Shown in pieces: positions 27,068 through 37,492 of a DNA stretch of 64,000 nt (positions are counted from its first letter, which is position 1; every line of letters begins with the position of its first letter). The DNA lies in the NCBI GenBank assembly GCA_964247055.1, contig OZ176052.1, positions 11,346,001-11,410,000 of the forward strand, given 5' to 3'. Under the pieces are notes generated by a model. That model saw only the letters and a program-made list of their open reading frames with translations, was not told the DNA's origin and searched no databases. Position numbers and translations under genes: made by a program. This stretch comes from Paragordius varius. Its lineage: Eukaryota; Animalia; Nematomorpha.

Positions 27068-28502
27068 TTAGTTATCTATCGACCTATTATAAATTTTTAG
27101 CATATTTTCTTTGATACCAGGTGGTAGTTTATCTATAATATCGTGAAAATTAGTATCTTCTAATTTTTCATTAAAATAAGATTGTAAGATAGACTCCAAA
27201 ATTTGATGCCAAGAAATAACATTACTGCTTTTTTCCAATTCGTCTAACATTGCAGGAGGTAGCAGATCTCTATTTTTTTTGTCAAAATATTCAGCCATTT
27301 GCTTCGTTATTTGCACTGGTTTAAGGTCTTCTGGTTCTTGTTTTATATCTATAAAAATTAAGCATGTGCCTTAAATTATATGATAAATATAGTTAAAATG
27401 ATTATGATCCATAATCTAGAAATTTGTCAAATGTTTTCCCTAACATAATGCGCATGGTATTTATAGATTATGATTCATAAAATAAAGTATATAAAAAAAT
27501 ATTACTTAAATAAAATGATTAATTTAGTATTGAAGCTACTATCTATATCTATGGCTACTGTCACCATCTTTTTTGACATTTAGCAAAATTAGAATAGTCT
27601 ATTCCCTTATGGGGGTAGTTTTATATCCCAGAGTTGAAATTATCTTTAAAAGTATTTGTTTTAAGCTGAATTAAAAAACATGCTTTCTTTAGCATTTTTG
27701 GCGCTTATATATATTTTTTTAAAAATGTAAAAAAATCTTCATCTCAAACTTTTTTGCTGCCATTTATAAAATTTTTAAATCACTAATGCAACAGGCAAAT
27801 AAATGTATATAAGGTTAGAGAATGTAAAAAATTAATTATGAAAAGCGTTTAGCCTATATTTTACCAACAAATACTAATTTATTTTGCTTTTATTAAGGGT
27901 AATATAAGAATAGATTTTAAACCTTATAGCTAATTAGTAAAATATGTCTATTTATTACCATATTAAACTAATTAAACATTTAGTCTCAAATTTATAGACA
28001 CGATTTAAAAATGTTGCGACTGAATTATTTGTATCATATATTCAGGCAAATTTATTAATTTTAAATAAAAGAACATACCATTCAAAGACAATTCTGAATA
28101 ATTTGATAATGTTTTATGATTTAATCTATAAATATAATATGAAAAACTTTGTCGGTTCAATTTTTGCGTCACTGTCTTCTATAATAAATATAATTTACCA
28201 TCTTCTTCTTTAAAAATTGTGTTTGCTAGTTGAATATATTGATTAAATTTGGGTTTAAGAGAATATAAGTCAAGATTCTTCAATATAATTTTGAAAAAAT
28301 GTGTTCGCATGGATTGTGCGCTATGTGGTGTTATTTTAAGTTGGCTCATTGTCTCCCAAAGTTCATTACCATGGCAATTAAATATCTCCTTGTTTCGTAA
28401 AATATAAACAATAATAGCCATATCTTCATTTTTATTGTAATGTTTTCGTTTTTTTCTTTTTGGACTTATTCGGTTCTTCATGTATAACGAGAGCGATTTC
28501 AT
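27068..28502 (-). CDS. Rap1/TERF2IP-type Myb-domain protein, ~194 aa; exons 28502-28199 and 27348-27068
   Basis: RKHYNKNEDMAIIVYILRN...GNELWETMSQLKITPHSAQSMRTHFFKII matches the Rap1 Myb pattern (human ..DDVAILTYVKEN...GNALWKAMEKSSLTQHSWQSLKDRYLKHL). The 850-nt GT-AG intron joins in frame (585 nt total). Confidence 0.7.
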
Positions 28503-28850
28503 ATGTTAATATTTCAACTCAACACTTCGATATAAAAGTGTAATTAACCCTATGTTTATTTTGATTATTATTATTATATACAAAACTTTTGTGGTAGTTT
28601 TCTGTCCCATCGCGATTTAGTTCGATAATAATAAACAGAATATTTTTTAAAACTTATTCAACGATAAAATTTATATTATATTTTTTGATTTCTAAAAAGC
28701 TATAGAATGCCAGCAACTAGAAAAATTTTCATCCATTCAAATTAGACAGGGGTTAAATTGGTGAATTGTAAACCAATTCCCCAAATTCACTGAAGTTTAT
28801 TTTTTACAAAAACATAAAATATGTTTTTATTATTATATATGTAAATAAGG

Positions 28851-29425
28851 TTAACACTTGGATACAACACACTTATTTTAGTCCTTGGATTCAAATTGGG
28901 GTAGTTAAATACCCTAGGCCTGTTTTAAGTGAACTACTTTAAAAAGTATGAAAGGAATCAAAACCATGGCAAAATTTTGCACTTATATAACATTAATAAA
29001 CCGAAATATATAAAAAAATTTATTTAAAAATACTTGATATAAATTATTTTTAGGTAAAACCCAAAGGTAAAAATTTAGTCAACCTGACATGAGTGCATTG
29101 GTTAAATTGAAAAATAATACAAAATAAAGCGCTTTTTCTATCTCTATCAGTGTTAGATGTAATTTAAATAAAAAATTAGCTTTAATTTTACCCTTAAAAT
29201 TAAATGAAGACGATATCCTGCAAAATTTGTAAATGGCGTCCCAGTAGTTTCACATGGAACTTTTTTTTCAAAACAAAATTTTATTTAGATATTTTGGCAT
29301 ATTTATATATTTTATTTGGAAAGCATAAAATTTAAATTGGGTTTCCTTCAGTAGTTTTTTAAAAATCGTAATTCAAATTTTTAGTCTGGGGTATTTAGAT
29401 ACCCCAATTTGAATCGAAGTGTTAA
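28851..29425 (+). mobile_element. piggyBac-type MITE (family B), TTAA-flanked
   Basis: TTAA|CACTTGGAT...AAGTG|TTAA. An inner inverted repeat (GATTCAAATTGGGGTA...TACCCCAATTTGAATC) is spaced asymmetrically at the two ends. A second copy lies reversed at 53287-53822. Confidence 0.8.
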
Positions 29426-29860
29426 TGTGCTGAATCTACGCACCCTATTAATGCCAATGACAGGGTAATTTTAAAATAGATTATAATCTAAAAAAATTTT
29501 TAATTTTAAATATGATTAAAATCGATATGGGACTGGGACCTTGCTAATACCGAAGATGTCATAAATGTATGAAGTAATTAATAATTGCTTTTGGCCGAAA
29601 TGCTAAAAATGTAAATATTTATAATCAGTCAAATTTAATCCCAATGTTAACCCAGATCGAACTCCTTTAAAATTTTTAATAATAATGTGTAAAATTATAA
29701 ACAGTTATCAAAATTTACTCATATGCAAAATGTAGTTAACGGCGTGGTTCATCCCATTTCCAGCCAAAACTGCATAAAACCGCACCATGCCCCCGGCCTT
29801 TTAATCTGTAAGGCATATATTATCCAACAAAAGACCTTTGGAGTAGTTTTATACCGTAAT

Positions 29861-30300
29861 TTAACACTTCATTGCCTTTTCACTTTTGTATCCTAGTTTA
29901 GCTTATGGGGTAGTTTTGTATCCCAGAGCTCAATTTTGTAAAAGAATTAGTATTTTGAAAGTTATTTTTGTTAAAATTTAATTCACAAACCTTGTTCTCA
30001 TGTAAATATAAAAGCTTATATTTTTTACATTTTTGTGACTAAAATTGAGACAGTTCCAAAATACGATTGAAGCAAACAGCTGATAATTTAATCAAAACAC
30101 AACAATTTTGCTGGTAAAATCAAGCTTGAAAGTTTCTTTAAGTTAATTATTCTCACATAATATATATTTATTGGCATTTTTTTAAAAAAAATTATATAAT
30201 GCGCCTAAAACAAAGTATGTTTTTAAATTCGGCAAACCTTAAATACTTTATAATATATTTAAATATAAATTTCTTTTGCATATAAAACCCGGAGTGTTAA
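29861..30300 (+). mobile_element. Family A TTAA MITE copy; a related fragment follows at ~30330-30490
   Basis: Starts TTAACACTTCATTGCC and contains cccagagctcaatttt and aattgagacagttccaaaatacgattgaa; GAGTGTTAA at 30292-30300. Confidence 0.65.
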
Positions 30301-32014
30301 TAACTTATATAATATTTATTAGGTAAATTCGAAAATATGCTATCTTTAGCCTTTTTGCGCATGATATAATTTTAAAATGGCGTAAAATTGTAAAATAATC
30401 CTTATCCAAACTTATTCGCCGCTATTTTTTTTAATATTAAATCGAGAATACAACAGTCAAATAAATGTATATTATGGTTAAAAATGCAAAAAATAACTTT
30501 AATCTTATTCAAAACTCTAGATTTTGGAGTTTTAATTTTTTAACATGCACAAATCCTCCTAAAAGTCAACACAGACAAAGAGGATAAAATGGGATGAAGT
30601 TTTAATTAGGATTTTGAACATAAATTATTTAAAAAACCATAATTTATTCAATTAGATTTCGGAAATCTAATTAACCGCAGAAATTAGAAAATCGTATATT
30701 TTTTAATTATTTATATTTGGCATAAACAAATTATTACTTAAAGTCCAGAAAATGATTTTTTGCATGCTTTTACTAATTACAGATTTATTGCTTTTTACCA
30801 TTTTTAAATAAGCTCAAAAACTTTACACGGATTACAATGTCATAGAAATTGTATGGAGTCGTCTTTTGTTAACGGTGTGATTCGGGGTCAAATCGTTTTG
30901 ACAATACCCATTTTTCGGAAATCAACTATTAATATAATTAAAAACTTAACAATTAACAATCACAATAACGGCAGAATAAATGGGAAAAATTAACTATAAA
31001 ATATTTATAAAAAATTACAATCAGAAACAAGAAAATATGGGTATGCAAATGAATTACGGTGTTTACTTGATTGACGCTATAGATCAAACCCGACCCCTAT
31101 CATTATAAAATTCCCGAATTGCACAACAAAAAATTACCCTTTTTATATTTTTCATTATCGCGGTTCGATCGGCGCATAGATTGTATAAATAGCGTCGAGC
31201 ATCAGTAAAATTACAAGCGCCAAAGTGTAACCATACAAAACCAAGACGCGCCATAGCGGATCAACACTATAACATACTTAAATGGCCATTTTTTAAATGG
31301 AGCACGATATTAGGGCTTAAAACTGGAGCCAAAGAAACATAACCATTTTCAGAATTTTTTGGTAATTTCTATACTTTCGTTCGTGAGCGTAACAAGGGGC
31401 TCCTTTTAAAATGCATATGTACCAATTCGGCTTCTGGCTCCATGTTCGCTTTTTTAAAATTGAAGTCGTTAGTGGTTATAATGCAACCTCAAATTTATAG
31501 AATTTGAGACATTTCTGAAAAATTATCATTCATTATTATAAAATGTCTCTCAAAGTGATAATAAGTATATTTTTCAAAAAATTATAGTGTTAAATAATTA
31601 AATGGTATTTTTGATCCAATGAAAGCACTTATCCAATAAAACACGGTTACTAAATAATAGTTTGATGTTAGCGAATTGCTATTTTAAATACAAATAGCCT
31701 CTATAATGAGCATTGTATGGCAGAATGATTTTCGCCTCTCAAATTTTAATAGCCATAATATATTCTTGATAAGGCATTCAAAATCATCATTTTGCAAAAA
31801 CTTTTATGTTTATAGATTATAATTATATTTAAAAATAAGGGTCGTTTAAAAATATAAATTCAATGATATTAATATTAAATAATTAATTTTTTTAAAATAT
31901 AAAACAAATGATGTTTATTGATATAACATAGCCACAGAAAATCCATTATTTTTGAACTATATTATTAAGTTCCTTCATAGTTGAATAAAATGCTATATAT
32001 CTGTTTTCAAACAG

Positions 32015-34256
32015 GGAAAAAAACAATCAACCTATGATTTGCTTTCTAAAATATTTAAAACTCGTAATTCCATCAAACAAAAAGAACAACCTATTGAACA
32101 ACCTTACCATAAAAAACGAGGTGCCGAAAAAGCCACTTACCTGCTACCAGAAAGATTACAAAAGAAATATGTCAGTCGGGATGCTTATGAATATCCACAC
32201 GAAGAGCATGACGAAATTTTACCGAAACCCCGTAAAAACTTAGAACCATCAAGGTATCAATCAAGGTTGATTCCCGATAAAAAGGAAGAGAATGGCGATT
32301 ATTCAGAAACTAAAATTGCTAAAAATCGATTCGTAAAGCATTCAAAACCTTCATTTTTTTCGAATCCAATAGGGAACAAAAGAGAGGAAAATTATGATAA
32401 ACATGTAGATAGAGAGAACAAACAAAGCAGATATGAGGATGATGATCTTTATAACGATAAAACTAATAACAATGATAATGATGATTCATATCTCTATGAA
32501 CCGAATAGGAGGCGAATGAGCTGCAAAACATCCAATTGTTATCTTCCATATTGTAACTGTGTCTCAGCTAAAATACCCTTTAAAATGCGAAAAAAAGATA
32601 TTCCCCAATTAATTTTACTTTCTTTTGCGGGTGCCATTAACGAATTAAACTATCCGACTTATCTTAAAATTTTAGGGAACATATCGAATTCGAAATCTCA
32701 CACTAATCGAAAAAAGAGGTCCAAAAATGAAGGCTCAAGGCTGAGACTTAATCCCAATGGTTGTCCAATTGCTGCTACGTTTTTTGTATCTCATGAATGG
32801 ACAAATTATCAAATGGTTCATGATCTTTTCAATAGGGGACATGAAATAGCGTTAAACTCAATCAGGTTGTAATTTATAAAAATTAATAAATATACTGTGA
32901 TATATAATGTGCTTTTCAAATAATGTATCTAGTTATCCGGAACCAAAATGGTGGGAAACTGCAAGCTACGATGATTGGGCCCAAGAAATCGGAGATCAGA
33001 AGAAACTTGTTGCTAATTTCGCAAACATAACGGAAGATGAAATAGTCGGTTTACGGGTCCCCTATTTGATGACAGGCGGTGACAAACAATTCAGGTTTTA
33101 AACAGGAACACGATTTATGAAAATAAAATTTTTAAAAATGAAGTATATAAAATTTGTTTAACCCAGAATGCTTAAAGATTATGGATTCGAATATGATGCC
33201 ACTATTGCGACGGAAAGCATAAATCCGCCAATTTGGCCTTATACTCTCGATTATCCGTCTTCACTGGATGAATGTTCTGCCATAGATTGTCCAACAGATG
33301 GGTATCCAGGAATCTGGGAAATACCGATTATAAAGTACGTAGATGGTTTAGGTAAACTATGTACAACCCTACCAAATTGTCAAATTGAACAGGACGAACC
33401 AAGTAACGAAAAAGATGACAGATACATGAATTATGGGAGTAGGGGGGACGTAGTGAAGGAAAAACGAGATAGAAAAAATATTAAACGTGTGTTTGATTTA
33501 CTTAGCAGTAACTTCCAAGCTCATTATGAAACGAATAAAGCTCCATTTCACCTAGCAATTTATTGGGAATGGTTAATGCCTCATAATGATGGTCACGCCC
33601 CTGAAGAGGATACGGATGAAAGCAGCAAAAATGTCGAGGAGAAAAAACGAAAAAAGCGAGATAATGGAAAGTATGGAGATGATGCACCCAAATACTATGA
33701 TGCAGTTGAAGCGAACAACAATGGTGATGATGGTTATGGACAAGATGGTTCATCTAAAAAATCCAATACGCACAACTCTCACCATAGAGACAAAGACACA
33801 CCTGAGTCTGATTACAACGATCATGGATCAAGCCATTCAAAAAATGTCAATCTCGAAGCTTTGCTCCAATTTCTCGATCTAATAAGTACGATGGATGATG
33901 TCTACATTGTGACACATAAAGATGCTATTACCTGGATGAAAAACCCACTTGATATTGAGAATTTAGCTAACCCTACATCTTTTTTGAGGAAGCAACAAGG
34001 ACTTAGGAAACAATATAATGGTTACCATCATCAAAATAAAAAGTTACTTGACGATGCCATTGAAAATAGCGGTCCTTGGATGTGTAAAAGAGCCCTGAAT
34101 TATGGGAGAAACGATTTTCACGATAATAATGTTCATTGCACCGTGAAAGAATATACGAATTGCGCTTATGATACGGAACGCGGATTAAAATACTTTTTCC
34201 CGTGCGGTGAATGCCCAGCCAATTATCCATGGACAAAAAATCCACTGGGTCTTTAA
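32015..34256 (+). CDS. Chitin deacetylase-like CE4 unit 2 with degenerate active site; exons 32015-32865, 32933-33094, 33167-34256; no own start codon found
   Basis: LNPNGCPIAATFFVSHEWTNY, GLRVPYL, PIWPYTL, GIWEIP, APFHLAIY and CPANYPW are present. Motif 1 is LLSFAGAIN and motif 2 is EIALNSISY. Introns of 67 and 72 nt restore the frame. Confidence 0.88.
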
Positions 34257-34392
34257 CGAGGAAAACATTTTTACTCAAAATAAAAATAGCAATTATATAC
34301 AAAAGCATTTGATTATTATGTAACATTTATTTAAATTGTAAATTTATTTTATAATAAATATTTAATTTGCTATATCAAGTATATTAATTATA

Positions 34393-37300
34393 TTAATGCA
34401 CATTTTTTAGAGCCGCATGGCCAGTACTTTTGATATGATCAAATAATTTGTTTCTGGATTGAAAAGTTTCAGAACAAATTTTGCAACATAATTCTTTTGA
34501 TTTTGATTTTACTTTTGTTTTTTGTTTTAGATTGGTATTAATTTTTGTTTTGTTGTTGGTTGACATTGGTTTATCAACATGGCCAATAATGGGAGTATCA
34601 TTTATATGTCCGTTTGTGACTAGACGTTTTTCACTATGTAAAAATAAATTTAAAAGTCACAAAATACTGTCCACAAAGATAATTAAATATAAAATTCCAA
34701 ACTTACAAATCTTGAGCCATATTAGTATGATGATTAATTTTCGGAATTGTTTCCGATAAATTTTCCGCTTCTCCACTAAAGGTTTTATCGTGTTGTTGTG
34801 TGGCTGTTTTATCATAACTTATCTCAAACTGATTCGAAAACATTGTTTTTTTGGCAGCATCTTTGTTATCAATTGACTCATGTAGCAATGAATTTTCATT
34901 TTCAGTAATAACGTTTTCATTGATCAAAAATTTCCTACGCTCTCGATGTTTACGGCTATTTTCGTGATTTTTGAAGGAAGACACAGTTTTGAACAACTTA
35001 TTGCATGCCAGACAATATAGGGTAGCTTTTGCGTCTAGAAATTGATATTTTTAACAAATCGGATTTTTATTGTGACATATATTGATAAAACTATTATAAT
35101 AGAAGAAACCCAAATTTGTAAAATAACTTCAATTGGTATTATTGTCATTGTATTATATATTAAGCATAATCCTTGGCATAAAACACAATAAAATGTATTC
35201 TTATAATTTTTCACCATGCATAAAAGCAATTACAATTGGACAAGAGGTTTTATTACAAACTTTTCATATTGTACAGAAAAATAATTATTAATGGCACTTG
35301 GCACCGGTTCATTTTATATTGAAATATGACAAAAGTAAATTAACAAAACAATAATGATTACCACGAAAAAAAGGAGGACCTAAATGGGCTAAACTTTAAG
35401 AGTCGAATAAAATCAACATCTTTTTACCCTAGTTATACATATATATACAGTTTATAGTCTCTTTTTTCCTTTTTTATTAAAGGGTAAGGACTTAAATTTG
35501 TATCCGGACATGTGAAGGCTTTAACACTCGCCTGCCCAGGGCTGGCAGTGATGATGGAAAAAATGCGTAGTTTCGGGGTTCGAACTCTGGAACGCAGAGT
35601 TTGAGTCCGGCGCCCTACCTATTATACCATCACGCCTAACACAGTGTAAAATACCTGTAAACACATAATTTTTTATATAATGGGTTAGATAAAATGTCAA
35701 TCTTTTATTTTTATGTTTTGTGAAATGTTAATAGACAAAAACTGGCCTCAACTCTGTAAGTATTAGCTAACACAATTTATATAGGTGAACTTATTCAAAA
35801 ATTTTGGGTTTCGGAAAACTTATGATAACTTTATGATAAAATGACCAGCAAAAATAAATCAAAACACAAGTTTTTTTAATAATAAAAATGTTTTACCCAA
35901 TATATCAGATTGATTTTCATCATCATTATCTTTGTTTTTAGCTTTGGAACGGCAATTTAGTGTCAAGTTGTTGATAGTTGAATCAACTTTTTGTATCATG
36001 GATGATAAATCTTCCATCTCAAATTGTGAATCATCAGATGATTGGTCTTCTCCATCTCCAAACATGGCAGTGACGTCACCTTCTAACTGCGCCATCTCTT
36101 GTTCCAACATATGATTGTCAATAAAGGGGGAGGCTGTGTGTTTAACATCATAATACTCTCGCAAGTGTTTTCGTTTTTGTTCCAACAGCTGAGCTTGTTG
36201 CAAAGCTTTTTGTTCAAGTGCCAATTTTTCTAGATATTTCTAAAAATAAAAAAATCAAATTGTACAAAGAATATCAATAGAAGGGATTAACTAGAACCGT
36301 GTTTGTGAAACCGATAGAGTGTATGCATCTAGAAGCCGTACTGATAAAAAGATTTTTTGGTATATCGAATTTACAATAATATAATTTTTAGAAAAGCATA
36401 TTTTTTGCCTGTTTAATAATCAATTTTCCAGTTGACTTTAACAATACCAAATGATAATTGTAAAAAACCAAAAGAAAAAAACAATAAATCGAAACCAATT
36501 TCCAGAAGCTTAACAAAAAATGGTTCTAGATCCAATCCCTGATAATTATAATTTTAGATTGATAAGTTAATTTTTGGACTCAAACGTTCAAACTTTTCAA
36601 ATTTACTATTCCATAAACAATTTTACAATAAAATCGATAAAAATCATGTATAAACCTTTCTTTCAGCAACTCGTAAATCCAGTTTTTTGACAAAAGCCAC
36701 CAATTCTCTTACTTCTTCATTTCTCTTTTTGCGCGCATTTTTGCAAATCTTTTCATGTTCTTTCTCGATTAGACGTGCTATTCGCCGAGATGGTGCTTGT
36801 TTAATCTCTTCTATATTGGTGAGCCATGTATAAGTTTTTTTGGTACAATAGCCTTCCCAATAACTGTAAAAAGGATCAACCACCTATAATAAAGAAATAT
36901 TAAAAAATAATCAAAAAACTTCTTCAAAAGGGCTTGTGGAGTTTCCAAAGAGGGGTATTTGTGTCTCATCAGATTTATCGCAAAATGGTTTATCTTCGGT
37001 AGCAATTTGAATAAAAACATTTTGATAAACTTGATAAAAATTCTAGTATATATATACAGGCAACACAAACCTGTGGTACATTGTCTTCATAGCCTTTGAA
37101 ACATTTCAAGTTAAAATATTTGTACACATTCAAAGAGTTTTTTTCGCAAACATTTGAACCTCATAATTATTATGCAATAATGTACCATAAATAATTGATT
37201 CACGGTGTTTGTCATAAAATGCTCTTTCGTGCTGATCAATCAAAATTTCATAGGCCAATTGAACTTCTTTAAATATATGCAAAGCTTGATCAACATTGGA

Positions 37301-37441
37301 CATGTTTTTATCTAAAATAATTTAAAAAAAAATACCAGGATGCCACTTTAAGGCCATTTTTCTATAAGCTTGTTTTATATCATCGTTTGTTGCCTCTCTT
37401 TTAACTCCCAATACTTCATAATGACACCTTACAGCGCTCAT
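34393..37441 (-). CDS. DNAJC21: DnaJ homolog subfamily C member 21 (Jjj1-like), 8 exons, ~527 aa
   Basis: [13 protein letters not shown]...KWHP/DKN (HPD split by intron), PFYSYWEGY, and two C2H2 fingers ([10 protein letters not shown]...HENSRKH; [23 protein letters not shown]). Exons: 37441-37336, 37311-37186, 37159-37071, 37042-36920, 36883-36656, 36239-35897, 35034-34707, 34633-34393 (1584 nt). Confidence 0.95.
35565..35636 (-). pseudogene. tRNA-like Pol III element (tRNA pseudogene or SINE head) in a DNAJC21 intron
   Basis: 72 nt: GGCGTGATGGTATAATAGGT...CCGGA-CTCAAAC-TCTGC...GAGTTCGAACC...CTACGC, followed by A-T6. It has A-box-like and B-box-like motifs and a CAA anticodon-like loop, but the acceptor and T stems are imperfect. 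Confidence 0.5.
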
Positions 37442-37492
37442 CTAAATACTGCTTAAGTTATTTTAGAGCCAAATCCTTAAAGGTTGATTTAC

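Noticed and set aside
31170-31260. TATA plus Inr promoter for deacetylase unit 2 (gtataaatag...catcagt)
   Set aside because: The spacing is short and the following ATGs hit stops quickly; no first exon could be built. It is not excluded as a UTR exon.
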